64,000 bases of DNA. Origin: Podarcis muralis. Lineage: Eukaryota. This document shows, in pieces, positions 52,731 through 64,000 of the stretch. The stretch lies in NCBI RefSeq assembly GCF_964188315.1, contig NC_135664.1:52204001-52268000 (forward strand). The letters are read 5' to 3'. Position numbers and translations under genes: made by a program. Position 1 is the stretch's first letter, and every line of letters starts with the position of its first letter. The notes under the pieces were generated by a model. It did not search any database and was not told the DNA's origin. It was given only the letters and a program-made list of their open reading frames with translations.

Positions 52731-52861
52731 AATTATTTATTATTTATTATTTATTATTTATACCCCGCCCATCTGGCTGGGCTCCCCCAGCCACTCTGGG
52801 CGGCTTCCAAAAAAATATTAAAATACCATAATACATCAAACATTAAAAGCTTCCCTAAACA
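52731..52861 (-). mobile_element. L2 3'-end fragment
   Basis: Same 3'UTR and tail as 26461-26600. Confidence 0.8.
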
Positions 52862-53407
52862 TATTGCAATGCCATCTACATAAGGACTTTGTCAGTACAC
52901 TGAGACAGAGGATTCTCTCTTTACCTGTTTTTTTACAACTGTTGCAATCTGTCTCACAAAATAGCACTCTTAGTAACATCTGACATTAATAGCATTAGTA
53001 TTTTGCCTCATTGCACAAGGATTAAATGAACATTCTGCTGCATTCACTTTCTCTGCATCATATCATGTTGCTTGTCATTATTCCCAGCTCTGTAGCCATT
53101 GTCATGATCAAACATGATTTATCATGAGGGGAAAGAGCCTAGATGAACCTTGAGCTCATTTGCTTCCCTTTTCTCTTTCTTCCTGCAGTGCGACTGCAAG
53201 GAATAAATCAGAAGCTCTTGTTTCTATTTTTTTTATTAACTGCAGCTTCTCATATGGTCCAAACCCAATAAACTGTGGTTAACTTTAACTATGATTTGTT
53301 TGACACAAGTCAACTTAAAACCAGGAGCTATGAAGTTGGTGTGTTTCAACAGATGTTCCTCATTTTAGGGTCATTTTAGACTGAACTGTAGTCAATCAAA
53401 AGCAGAA

Positions 53408-53700
53408 GTGAAAAAGCTCTCACACAAGTGGCATTTAACACCTTTGAGGTGTAGTCATATTAACAAAGCTATCTCTCCTCTTTGCTGGAGAGGGTGTAAA
53501 GAGGTTGGAATCACTATACATATGTGGCGGGCATTACAAATTACAACCATTTTGGAAGAATGCTGTGGAGGAAATAAGTTTGATCCCCAAACAAAGTGTT
53601 ACTTGTACCCCAACTTTAGTATTGTTAGCAATTGTTAAAAATGAAAATGTCAATCTGAGATACAAAGAATTGATTCCTCTTCTGTTAGTAGCAGCTCAAT
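53408..53700 (+). mobile_element. Older L1-clade ORF2 C-terminal fragment
   Basis: KWHLTP...CWRGCKEVG..IHMW motif, degraded. Confidence 0.6.
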
Positions 53701-53705
53701 AGAGG

Positions 53706-54079
53706 AGAAGAGAAGAGGAGGTTAAGGGGTTAAGGGGTGATATGATAGCCATGTTCAAATATATAAAAGGATGTCACATAGAGGAGGGAGAAAGGTTGTT
53801 TTCTGCTGCTCCAGAGAAGCGGACACGGAGCAATGGATCCAAACTACAAGAAAGAAGATTCCACCTAAACATTAGGAAGAACTTCCTGACAGTAAGAGCT
53901 GTTCGACAGTGGAATTTGCTGCCAAGGAGTGTGGTGGAGTCTCCTTCTTTGGAGGTCTTTAAGCAGAGGCTTGACAGCCATATGTCAGGAGTGCTCTGAT
54001 GGTGTTTCCTGCTTGGCAGGGGGTTGGACTCGATGGCCCTTGTGGTCTCTTCCAACTCTATGATTCTATGATTCTATGA
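53706..54079 (+). mobile_element. CR1 LINE 3' end
   Basis: ORF2 C-terminus (RGDMIAMFKYIKG...RQWNLLPRSVVESPSLEVFKQRLD) and (ATTCTATG)n tail. Confidence 0.9.
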
Positions 54080-54567
54080 ATAACTTGTTGCCCCAAACTG
54101 GAAATCCTTTGAACATTTGGCAAATGTCACAATGGAAACCAAAAGTTTGGACCATAGCACTTTCAGGGGGGGAAACAACTGACCAAGGAAGTTAAAGCTT
54201 TAGTTGGAAAAGGAGAGAAGGACAATTTTATAGAAACGTCGTATCCTTTCATCACATACTCAACAGAACATCTCTAGACTCACATTTGAAACTTTGGAAA
54301 AACATTTCCCCATAGGGTTCTGTGATCAGGGGATGGGGGTGAGTGGGGAGAGAAAATGTTTGATAAAGGGGGTTTTGTTCTTACGTTCTTTTTGAAAAAC
54401 AAAACCAAAAAACACTTTTATATATAAAAAAAAGAAGTGAAAGCTTTCAATCTGCTTGTGGAGATACTGGAGGAAGAGAGGTAGGGGCTTCTGTCACAGT
54501 AAGCCATAGTTTATCATGAAGTCCAAACACAGCCCTTGACCAATTAACCATTATTTGGAATGGCTTA

Positions 54568-54788
54568 GATATAGGTAGGTAGCCATGTTGGTCTGCCGTA
54601 GTCAAAACAAAATTAAAAAATTCCTTCCAGTAGCACCTTAGAGACCAACTAAGTTTGTTATTGGTATGAGCTTTTGTGTGTATCTGAAGATACATTTCGT
54701 GTGTATCTGAAGAAGTGTGCATGCACACGAAAGCTCATACCAATAACAAACTTAGCTGGTCACTAAGGTGCTACTGGAAGGAATTTTT
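54568..54788. mobile_element. Short fold-back PLE-derived insertion
   Basis: ~60-bp inverted arms with 2 mismatches (54615-54674, 54730-54789); PLE terminus on the left in minus orientation; 17-bp TSD TTATTTGGAATGGCTTA (54551-54567, 54789-54805). Confidence 0.88.
54703..54740 (+). ncRNA. Minimal hammerhead ribozyme motif (copy 3, sense in ALDH1L2 intron 5)
   Basis: Identical 38-nt motif to 33596-33633. Confidence 0.65.
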
Positions 54789-54862
54789 TTATTTGGAATG
54801 GCTTAACCGTATGATATGGTATGGAAGTAGGAACAAGTAACTTGTGCATTTTGGTTTCCTAG

Positions 54863-54952
54863 ATTTCTTGGGATCAATCAGCTGCAGCTTTGCACAACTG
54901 GATCCGAGGGCATGATAAAGTACCTGGAGCTTGGGCAATGATTGATGACAAG
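54863..54952 (+). CDS. ALDH1L2: ALDH1L2 exon 6 (90 nt)
   Basis: [30 protein letters not shown]; AG/GT. Confidence 0.95.
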
Positions 54953-55340
54953 GTAAACAATGTACATTACAACAAGCATATTCTGTTGCCTTTTGATAAC
55001 CAAATGAGTATAGATCAAGGTCTTATCAAGAATGAGGATCAGTACATGACTGCTGAAAGAATAATGATTTAGGACTCAGCTAGAGTGGTTATATAAAAGT
55101 CATTTATATGCGTTGTATGTGCAACAGAACATTGTGGCAATGTGGAGTCCCGTTTTCTCTGTTTTCCCTGTTTAAATTTACAATGCTTTCAACTGAAACA
55201 CTTCTTTGATGTGTCTAGATCCAGCCTTGGTAACATAGCCAGTAGGTGCTTCTAATGTAAAATATATTGATGACAAAGAAATGATAGTCTTTTGCTTTTA
55301 TCTCTTGAATCATACTTTTGCCAAGGACTTTCATTTAGAT

Positions 55341-55476
55341 CAGGGAGGGGAACCTGTGGCCCTCCAGATGTTGTTGGAACACACCTCTCAACACTGCTGG
55401 CCATTGTCCATTATTGCTGAGGCTGCTGGAGTTGCAATCCAACAACATCTGGAGGACCACAAGTTCCTCATCCATG
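55341..55476. mobile_element. hAT MITE (same general family, older)
   Basis: CAGGGAGGGGAAC...GTTCCTCATCCATG termini; perfect 8-bp TSD ATTTAGAT. Confidence 0.75.
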
Positions 55477-55695
55477 ATTTAGATGCACTTATAATGGGTG
55501 CCGAAATATTCCTCTAGCACGATATAGTTTACAACAGGAATTTCCCCATAAACTACCACTGAAAGGCAAGACCAAATAGATTGGTTCTATCTAACTTGGC
55601 CAGTTGTGTAAAATCCAGGCATTGCTGCCCACTGTTTGCTGAATTTTTTCCTTTTTGTAAAAAATAATAATCTTTTTTATATGTATTAAATACAG

Positions 55696-55830
55696 ATGGT
55701 TACTTTCTATGGGTCATCATTACTTCATGGTTCACCACCTCTGGGTGAAGAACTGGCTATAAAAGGTGCTGCAAAACCTGGTCTTGTAACGGAGAATGGG
55801 CTGGTTCTGTTTGGCAATGATGGAAAGATG
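55696..55830 (+). CDS. ALDH1L2: ALDH1L2 exon 7 (135 nt)
   Basis: MVTFYGSSLLHGSPPLGEELAIKGAAKPGLVTENGLVLFGNDGKM; AG/GTAAGC. Confidence 0.95.
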
Positions 55831-56266
55831 GTAAGCATTTCAGAAGCAGTCTTGGGGTTTGGACATAAGAATGAACTGCAATTATAAGTGATCATAGAAT
55901 CATAGAGTTTGGATCAGAATAAGATAACATCAAGGAAAAAACCCCAATGATTCCAATATGAATATTATGCCATTCAAAACAAGGACTGACTTTGTGATGG
56001 CACTGTGATTCTAGGATTCTGAAGATTCACATCTTTACCCTGCCCTGTGACACATGAGATATGTGCCACCCTATTTCTGTGGATTTGATTTGTTTTAACT
56101 ATTCTTAGTATTGGATTTTTAAATGGAACCTGCTGGTTGAGGGTGGGTTAAAAAAAAAGTGTATTGCTGTTGTTCATAATTATAAAAGCTTAGAATGGGG
56201 TTTTTGTTTATTACAATTTTTTTTTACACTGCTAGCTTCTTTTTATATTTGTTTCTTTTTCTGTAG

Positions 56267-56392
56267 TTGCTGGTAAGAAATCTACAGTTTGAAGATGGAA
56301 GAATGATACCAGCATCTAAATACTTCTCCGCTGATGAGCTGTCTGCCATAGAACTTACTGAAGAAGAGAAAGAGATGGCAGAAAATATCAAG
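56267..56392 (+). CDS. ALDH1L2: ALDH1L2 exon 8 (126 nt)
   Basis: LLVRNLQFEDGRMIPASKYFSADELSAIELTEEEKEMAENIK; AG/GT. Confidence 0.95.
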
Positions 56393-56896
56393 GTAAACCA
56401 TTTCTGTGTTTTGAGAGAGAAAATCGATGGACGTGTGCAGTGGGCTTTTAAAGCCTGGAGGCACACACTGTGTTTTTTAACCTTTCTACAAAGCCTAGAA
56501 CATTTTTGGTGCGCTATAAGTAATAAATAAGGTTCCACACACTTACCTGGGAGTAAGTCTCTTTGAACTCAGTGGACAATAATCATAGAATCACAGAATT
56601 GTAGAGTCGGAGGTGGCACAAAACTCCATAAATCACTGGCTCCTTCCTCTGCATCAGCCTTGAGGGGGGCCCTGCCCCTGCCACACATTCCTCAAAGCCC
56701 TGCCAGCCCCTGACAGGTTCCATGTCCAGGCTATTCCAAGCAGAACCACAAGTGGTGTGGGAACTTCAAAAACTAGAGAGAGGTGGCCATGAGGATGCAT
56801 ATCATTCATTCATCAAATGTATATCTAGGCCTTCATCTCGGAAGGATCGTAGGGCAGCTGACAACATGAGATCCAATGAAATTATTTGCAATAGCC

Positions 56897-57160
56897 AATA
56901 ATAATAAGCGGGTAATAATAATTTCTTACTTATACCTTCTGGGCGGCTTCCAACAGAATATTAAAAACACAATAAAACATCAAACATTAAAAAATTTCCC
57001 TAAACAGATGTTTTTCAAAAGTCAAATAGTTGTTTATTTCCTTGACATCTGATGGGAAGGCATTCCACAGGGTGGGCGCCACTACCGAGAAGGCCCTCTG
57101 CCTGGTTCCCTGTAACCTCACAGGGAGGGAACTGCCAGAAGGTCCTCAGAGCTGGACCTC
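56897..57160 (-). mobile_element. L2 3'-end fragment
   Basis: Similar to 26500-26780 with deletions. Confidence 0.75.
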
Positions 57161-57318
57161 AGGGCTTTGGCTTAACATTGCAGGCTAGTTGGGAAGTCCA
57201 TAGTGGGGCCCAGTTCAAAGATGTTAGTTTCTACAATGCATGATATGTAGACCAACTTGCTTCATTGGCAGATGGATTTGTTTGTATCGTTGTCTCACAC
57301 ATTTTCCATATCTTGCAG

Positions 57319-57410
57319 TCCATTTGGAAGGGAATTTTGAGCAACGTGAATGTAATTGAGGATACCACGGACTTCTTTAAATCTGGAGCTTCTTCTATGG
57401 ATGTTGTTAG
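57319..57410 (+). CDS. ALDH1L2: ALDH1L2 exon 9 (92 nt)
   Basis: [30 protein letters not shown]+2; AG/GTAAGC. Confidence 0.95.
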
Positions 57411-58081
57411 GTAAGCCAACCTCCTGTAAGGTCTCAACTCAGAGATGTTGGAAGAAGAGCCTAACCTTCTAAAGCTAGTCTGTTGCTTCCCTCAGGTGTT
57501 AGCAGTGTTGAAAGTAAGATGCAGCTGCCAGTCTGGTCAGCTTCTGTGCATGGAATTGTGGCGGAAAGGGCACTGTTTCATTTTTCACCTCAGGCAACAA
57601 AATGTCCTGGGCTAGCTCTGGTCAGATTGCAAGCAGACAGACATTTCGGCTTGATCTTTGCTGCACTGTAGAACCACCATAACACCAGTCCCAGCTTGAA
57701 GCCCAGGAAGGGATCAAGTGATCTTGGGAGCCAATAGGGTCCCATCTAGCCTTATATTACTACTACCTCTAGCCTAACTCCTCACTTTGAGCAATTTGTC
57801 ACTCAGTGTAAGCTAAGTTGCTTGAACATAGCCTGAATCCACTCTTGCACCTCTGCTGAGGTACACCTCCAGGCTGTCAGCTCTGATGTCTCCCATTTAA
57901 AACAGTGTGGCTCCAAAATGCCATTTGAAAGATGAAGACTCAAATGACTCATGATGTAGTCAGTGCAAAAGGGGCAGAGGGAGAGAAATGAAAGCAGCCA
58001 CATGCGATCGTCCCATTCAGTTTTCTATTGATTTCACTGTTTTGGTCAACTTTCACTTATTTGACTTCTTTGTCTCCCAAG

Positions 58082-58229
58082 GATGATTGAAGAGATTAAG
58101 CAAAAATGTGGTGAACTTGAGCTACAGAATGAAGATGTCTATATGGCGCCCAAGTTTGGAGAGTTCATCCAAATGGTTGTCAGAAAGCACAGGGGAGAAG
58201 ACAAGGAGAAAGAATTAGTAATTGATTAT
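58082..58229 (+). CDS. ALDH1L2: ALDH1L2 exon 10 (148 nt)
   Basis: (R)MIEEIKQKCGELELQNEDVYMAPKFGEFIQMVVRKHRGEDKEKELVIDY; AG/GTTAGT. Confidence 0.94.
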
Positions 58230-58573
58230 GTTAGTGGCTTAATTTTTTTCCCCATTTTCTTTCATTACACTAGTATGGTAAATTGACAATGTGTGTAGTA
58301 AGGGAGACATTTTACATTGCAAGGACCCTCTGTAGAACATAGTGCATCCCTGGGCATACATTGGCCCATTTTGCATGTAACACTAAGCCAAACAAATGTA
58401 GAACTATGTAGGCTCTCAGAGAGGAAATTGCAGCCACTCTGCTCTTTGTTGAGTCCGGCTGCTGCTGCTGCTGTGAGGTGTACCATAGTTTGACATAGTG
58501 TGCTGTGCTTTTGGACTATAATTCCCATCAGTCCCAATTGGAAGGCACCAGGATAGTAATACTGATTCTAGTA

Positions 58574-58799
58574 CAGTCATACCTTGGAAGTCGAATGGAA
58601 TCCATTCGACTTCCAAAACGTTCGAAACCAAGGCATGGCTTCCGATTGGCTTCAGGAAGCTCCTGGAAGCTGCAGAAGCCACATCGGATGTTCAGATTCC
58701 AAAGAAGGTTCGCAAACTGGAACAATCGCTTCCAGGTTTGCAGCATTCAGGAGCCAAAACGTTTGACTCGCAAGGCGTTCAGGATCCAAGGTACAACTG
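58574..58799. mobile_element. Tc1/mariner (Tigger-like) MITE
   Basis: TIR CAGT(CA/TG)TACCTTGGA; TA TSD; partial relative at ~1638-1735. Confidence 0.8.
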
Positions 58800-59051
58800 T
58801 AGCTGTTAGAATCAAATCACCTGACATATAGATAACTTGTCTGAAAGTAAACTGAAGATTAAATCCCACACACTCATCGATGGGATCTCAAAATTACATT
58901 TGGATCCTAATATGGGCTACAAATGAATTGTAACCGTTCAAAATATATGTTTGTTCTGCTTAATGTTTTATGCAGGAAGTTCATTGGTTATAGTCCACAC
59001 ATGCTAGTTCAGAGGACAAACTGAAGCTTGTGATTTTTGTTTTGCCATTAG

Positions 59052-59171
59052 GTTTCAAAAGATGTCAACCGTATGACTGTGAAGATGCCATATCAGTGTT
59101 TTATTAATGGGAAGTTTGTGAATGCTGAAGATGGGGGAACATACGACTCTATAAATCCAACCGATGGATCT
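59052..59171 (+). CDS. ALDH1L2: ALDH1L2 exon 11 (120 nt)
   Basis: [40 protein letters not shown]; AG/GTGAGT. Confidence 0.95.
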
Positions 59172-59529
59172 GTGAGTTAACTCTTAGTGTCCACATTGTC
59201 TTTCTCTGAGTTCTTTGTATCTGGGTTATGCAGAACTCTTACAAAATGTAGTAAATACTATACAAGGAATCCCCTCCGTTGTGCCAAAGCAACCTGTTTG
59301 AGAATCTGAGTTGAAAAGGCAATAACACACTGCCACTGGTCACAATGTCTACAAGTTGTACGGCCAGCTGGGATGGAAAAGTTCTAAATTAGGAGGTGCC
59401 AAAAGTTGTTCATCTCTCAGCCACACTGGTGGAGTGATTCTCCACCCCTTCTCTTCCCTGTTGTAGTGTAGTGTGTTAGAGTGCAAGGCAAACTCCCATC
59501 TCCTTGCCAGTGGGGCTTCACAGAGTGAT

Positions 59530-59806
59530 GGAATCATAGAATTGTAGAGTTGGAAGGGTCCCCAAGTGTCATCTAGTCCAACCCCCTGCAATGCAGGAAT
59601 CTCAACCAAAGCATCCAAGACAGATGGCCACCCAACCTCTGCTTAAAACCCCCCAAGGAAGGAGATTCCACCACCTTCCAAGGGAGTCCATTCCACTGTC
59701 AAACAGCTCTTACCATCAGAAAGTTCTTCCTGATGTTTAGTCGGAATCTCCTTTCTTATATCTTAAAGCCATTGGTCTGAGTCCCACTCTCAAGAGCAGG
59801 AGGATT
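59530..59806 (-). mobile_element. CR1 LINE 3' end
   Basis: ATCATAGAATTGTAGAGTTGGAAGG tail orientation and CR1 ORF2 C-terminal similarity. Confidence 0.8.
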
Positions 59807-59830
59807 ATGCTGTGGATTTAGGGCGGTGTG

Positions 59831-60110
59831 GGCACTCCTGTCTTCCACTGCCTCCCACAGTTTGGTCAAACTCATGTTAGTAGCTTCAAGAACACTGTCC
59901 AACCATCTTGTCCTCCGGCGTCTCCTTCTCTTTGTGCCCTCAATCTTTCCCAACATCAGGCTCTTTTCCAGAGAGTCTTCTCTTCTCACGAGGTGGCCAA
60001 AGTATTGGAGCCTCAGCTTCAGGATCTGTCCTTCCAGTGAGCACTCAGGTCTGATTTCCTTCAGAATGGATAGGCTTGATCTTCTTGCAGTCCATGGGAC
60101 TCTCAAGAGT
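59831..60110 (-). mobile_element. BovB (RTE) ORF2 C-terminal fragment
   Basis: VPWTARRSSLSILKEIRPECSLEGQILKLRLQYFGHLVRREDSLEK... Confidence 0.85.
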
Positions 60111-60323
60111 GTATAGCTTGTATAGCAGTGCCCAATGGGAAGCCAGCACAGCCAGGGCAGCCAAGGGGAAGGATGCCTCCACTCAGTCCAAACACCTGCC
60201 ACCAGCACAGTCCACCAAAAGGGAGGCCTGGGATTGCTCTGCCTGCTGGCATATTTGCGTTGGAGGAAGGAAGCTCAGCAGCAAGGTTAATTCTGACCAA
60301 GCCTCTCTCTATATTTATGGCAG

Positions 60324-60451
60324 GTGATTGCCAAAGTGTCACTGGCTACAGCTGCCGATGTTGACAAAGCAGTTGCGGCAGCGAAGAATGCCTTTGAGCA
60401 TGGTGAATGGGGAAAGATGAATGCAAGAGACAGAGGGAGAATATTGTACAG
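60324..60451 (+). CDS. ALDH1L2: ALDH1L2 exon 12 (128 nt)
   Basis: [42 protein letters not shown]+2; AG/GT. Confidence 0.95.
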
Positions 60452-60559
60452 GTATGGCATGTCTAAGAAACCAGTTGCAGCTCTGTATGTTCCATGTCTC
60501 ATAGGTCTCCTTTGTTGCCTGTGTAAAATCATGCTATGCCCTATTTGAATAAAGCAGTA

Positions 60560-60562
<3 letters not shown>

Positions 60563-60604
<42 letters not shown>
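60563..60604. repeat. (TA)n microsatellite
   Basis: Direct reading. Confidence 0.9.
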
Positions 60605-60606
<2 letters not shown>

Positions 60607-60725
60607 GCAATGAATAATCCTATGTTAGAAGGTCAGATTCTGTGGATATTCTGCAAAGAATTTTGCACATATATGGTTCTGGAGTTGGTAAAGGAGCAGA
60701 GTTCTGATTATGAGCATCTGCCCTA

Positions 60726-61078
60726 AAGGCAAAGGGACCCCTGACCGTTAGGTCCAGTCGTGGCCGACTCTGGGGTTGCAGGGCTCATCTTGTTTTATTG
60801 GCCAAGGGAGCCAGCGTACAGCTTCCGGGTCATGTGGCCAGCATGACTAAGCCACTTCTGGCGAACCAGAGCAGCACATGGAAACGCCGTTTACCTTCCC
60901 TCCGGAGTGGTACCTATTTATCTACTTGCACTTTGACGTGCTTTCGAACTGCTAGGTTGGCAGGAGCAGGGACTGAGCAACAGGAGCTCACCCCGTCGCG
61001 GGGATTCGAACCATCGACCTACTGATCGGCAAGTCCTAGGCTCTGTGGTTTAACCCACAGCACCACCCGTGTCCCGAC
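60726..61078 (-). mobile_element. Sauria SINE, type B
   Basis: 13-bp TSD AGCA(T/C)CTGCCCTA. Confidence 0.88.
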
Positions 61079-61115
61079 AGCACCTGCCCTAGGAGCACAT
61101 AATTATTCATTGACT

Positions 61116-61611
61116 TGTTATTGCATCGAAATCGGTGTTGGGGATTGGCGGGACATGGATGAGTGTGCACTGGGGGAAGGGGGGCTGCAGTCTGACTTGG
61201 GAGAGGGGGGCAGTGATTTGTGGGGAACTGTACCAGTCAGGTGGCAAGAGTCAGAGGCAGGGGAATCTTCAGAGCTGGAGGGTAGAGCAAAGGATGAGTC
61301 AGAAGAAGAGGAGGAAGAGGCAGTTCAGGCAAGTGAAGAGCCAAGTGCTTTCCCCACCCTCTCCTGAACCACTGTTTCCCAGAACCAGGAGGGGATTGAA
61401 GAGGGAAGAGCGAAAGCAGCTTCCACACAGATGTAGTCTCTGGATACGTGTGTGCATCCCTTTGGGAGGAAGTACATAAACTGGTGGAGTGGCTCCCTGT
61501 TGCTGCAGCTGCTCCATAGAGCGCAGACCTGAGAATAGCTGCCTAGATGCTAGACTGGGGTGTGTGCGTATTCAGAGCCATAGAAATGATTGTGTCAGCT
61601 TTGACAATAGA
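61116..61611. mobile_element. Possible solo LTR
   Basis: Starts TGTTA, purine-rich GAGGAAGAG core, flanked by 5-bp direct repeat TGACT; the 3' end is not a canonical CA. Confidence 0.35.
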
Positions 61612-62185
61612 TGACTATCTGCCGTGTGCATTCCTTTGGCTGGGAAACGCCCTTGACAATCGGCTTTCTGTGCTGCATTTTTCCGGCAGATCCCTCTTTT
61701 CTTTTATTTGCATGCAGTTTGCCACCATTTTCACACACCCCCACACACCCCCCAGCAAGCTACCAATGCAAATAAGCACACATGCTCCTATGTGCATTGA
61801 TCAAATCACCCTCAAAAGGGAATCTTTAAATGATTGTTTCATTTACATCAAGATTCCATTTTTGTGGATGTTTTAATCAGTGTGTATTTGCAGAACAGCA
61901 CATTGTAAGGAAAATATATGTGAACTAAAAACTGCACCAAGTTTGTCTATGTGCACTAATCTGAACGGCACACAGAAATCAAAAAGTGAAGAAATGTAGA
62001 TTTCTTACATATCTGTCTGATTCATAGAAAGACCTGGTAATTCAGAACTTCAAGACCCAGAGAAGAATCCGGATTGGGGGGGGGGGGATTTCTGTCTTTC
62101 CTCCAAGGTGCTGAAGCTGACATACATATATTTCCCTCATTTTATCCTTACAACAACCCTGCAATGTAGGTTAAGCTGAGAAATA

Positions 62186-62445
62186 CAGTCATACCTTGGG
62201 TTAAATGTGCTTCAGGTTGAGCGTTTTCAGGTTACACTCCACAGCGACTCGGAAGTAACGGAGCGCATTACTTCCGGGTTTCGCCGCTCGCGCATGCGCA
62301 GACGCTGAAAATGGCATCACATGCATGCGCGGAAGAGGGGAATCGCAAACCACGCACATACAGACGCACAGACGTGGGTTGCATTCGCTTCAGGATGCGA
62401 ACGGAGCTCCGGAACGGCTCCCGTTCGCATCCAGAGGTACCACTG
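62186..62445. mobile_element. Tc1/mariner (Tigger-like) MITE nested in a Squam3-like SINE
   Basis: CAGTCATACCT...AGGTACCACTG termini; TA TSD; internal similarity to 15487-15717. Confidence 0.8.
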
Positions 62446-62987
62446 TAGTGCCCGACTCAAAGTCAGCCAGTGAGCTTCACGGTCCTAATCTGACACAGTT
62501 TTACCTGGCTCTCTTTCCTGCCCCTCTGGTTTCCTATATGTGTGCATAGAGATGTAGAATGCTTTTCCATCCCATCTTCAGTGCTTTTGCAGCATAAAAG
62601 TCACGATTCTCAAATCACACACTTTGGTCATTTCACTAAAACCATTGGTTCTACTCAAAATATTAACGAATCTGCAGCATAAATTCTGCTATTCGGATAT
62701 AGGGCATTACGGACACACCATTGAATGGGGAAACTCCAGTTCATCTGATGCACAGATACACAAGGGATATGGACCATGTGACCATCCAAAGGCTATTGGA
62801 CTCCAACTCCCATCAGCCCACCCTGCATGGCAAACGGGCAGGGAAGATGGGAGTTGGAGTCTTAAAAAAAAAGCAGCACCTGGGGGTCCACAGGTTCCCC
62901 ATCCCATCACTACCCTGGGACCCGCCAGCCTTGTCCCTGAAACGGGGAAGAGTGTTTTACATTGTATGCCATTCTTTCATTTTAAAG

Positions 62988-63138
62988 ACTTGCAGATTTG
63001 ATGGAAGAACACCAAGAGGAATTGGCAACCATTGAAGCTATTGATTCGGGAGCTGTTTACACACTGGCTTTGAAGACCCACATTGGAATGTCAGTGCAAA
63101 CATTCCGATACTTTGCTGGATGGTGTGACAAAATACAG
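62988..63138 (+). CDS. ALDH1L2: ALDH1L2 exon 13 (151 nt; GC donor)
   Basis: (R)[50 protein letters not shown]; AAG acceptor; donor CAG|GCAAGC. Confidence 0.92.
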
Positions 63139-63745
63139 GCAAGCTAACATTTGAGTTGGCCTTGATCCTTGGGAAAACAACAAGGGGATTCATGCTCTTG
63201 CAGACTTTGGTCCTTTTCAGAGAAATAGCATGGGATTCCATCGATATATTTTTCCTATTCATTTGATGTATGGGGGGGGGGGAAATTGGGGTGGCGGTAC
63301 AGGCGCTTATTAAGCCTGCTAGACCGCGAGGCCGTTTTAAGCAAGCTGTACACTGCTTTTTGTTACCTGATGTCATATGTCCGGCGCAGAGATCTCTTAT
63401 CGCCATTCTCAGCCCTAAGATTGGAGATAAACGTACCTCCAGTGTTAGCACTGTGGTTGTTAGTACTAAGATCAGACATACAGTAAGTCTCTCTGCCTGC
63501 TCTCTGGCAGTAAATTGTCCCCCATCCCTGCTATAGAAGGTGGCGGCAATCCATGGCCAGGAATGAGCTGAAGAAAAAAAGAGAGGCTCCTTGCAACACA
63601 GATTATCACCTAAGGAGTCCCACCTAAACAGCATTAATGTGACTGTTCACCCTGGAATTCCCTCTTTAGGCCAGAGGGACATCACCTGATATTCCTCCAG
63701 ACTGTCAGTATTTTGCAGGAAGGACTGAAGTGTGTAGATTTAGGC

Positions 63746-64000
63746 TGGAGGATGGATGGCGGCTAACAGATTGAAGTTGAATCCTGACAAGACAGAAGTA
63801 CTGTTCTAGGGGGACAGGAGGCGGGCAGGTGTGGAGGACTCCCTGGTCCTAAATGGGGTAACTGTGCCCCTGAAGGAGCAGGTGTGCAGCCTGGGAGGTG
63901 CAGGTCAATTCTGTGTCCGGGGCAGCTGTTTACCAGCTCCATCTGGTACGTGGGCCTATCTGCCCACGGACTGTGTCGCCAGAGTGGTGCATGCTCTAGT
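63746..64000 (+). mobile_element. L2 internal fragment (runs off the window)
   Basis: Matches the reverse complement of ~27050-27340 (GGATGGATGGCGGCTAACAGATTG...). Confidence 0.85.

Larger units (their letters stand above)
43588..63138 (+). other. ALDH1L2: ALDH1L2 gene span (coding exons 1-13; continues beyond the right edge)
   Basis: 13 exons join in frame (1689 nt): presequence, formyltransferase domain ([10 protein letters not shown]), carrier-like domain ([10 protein letters not shown]) and start of the ALDH domain. An N-terminal Arg/Lys/Ser-rich presequence and adjacency to WASHC4 favour ALDH1L2 over ALDH1L1. Confidence 0.95.

Noticed and set aside
63038-63634. 198-aa minus-strand ORF overlapping ALDH1L2 exon 13
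   Set aside because: No recognisable domain; it overlaps a real exon antisense and low-complexity runs; likely a chance ORF.

Overview
Vertebrate genomic DNA, almost certainly from a squamate reptile; the Sauria/Squam-type SINEs, BovB and L2/CR1 content suggest a lacertid-like lizard (inference). Two genes lie head-to-head. WASHC4 (SWIP/KIAA1033) is on the minus strand with coding exons 1-30 present (ATG at 34512, 3157 coding nt in frame across all junctions); the gene runs off the left edge. ALDH1L2 (mitochondrial 10-formyl-THF dehydrogenase) is on the plus strand with coding exons 1-13 present (ATG at 43588, 1689 nt in frame); it runs off the right edge, and intron 13 has a GC donor. Introns and the ~9 kb intergenic spacer are rich in transposons: 7 Sauria SINEs (6 with TSDs), Squam2/Squam3-like SINEs, L2, CR1, L1 and BovB fragments, Tc1/mariner and hAT MITEs, and Penelope-like (PLE) sequences. 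The most notable observations are (i) three copies of a minimal type I hammerhead ribozyme motif in PLE-derived units, two of them short fold-back, TSD-flanked non-coding insertions and one of those sense to ALDH1L2 pre-mRNA; (ii) a ~780 bp inverted duplication with a nested perfect 35 bp inverted repeat upstream of the WASHC4 promoter; (iii) a young L2 with an uninterrupted 394-codon RT frame. Homology calls rest on my recollection of family sequences, not on database searches.
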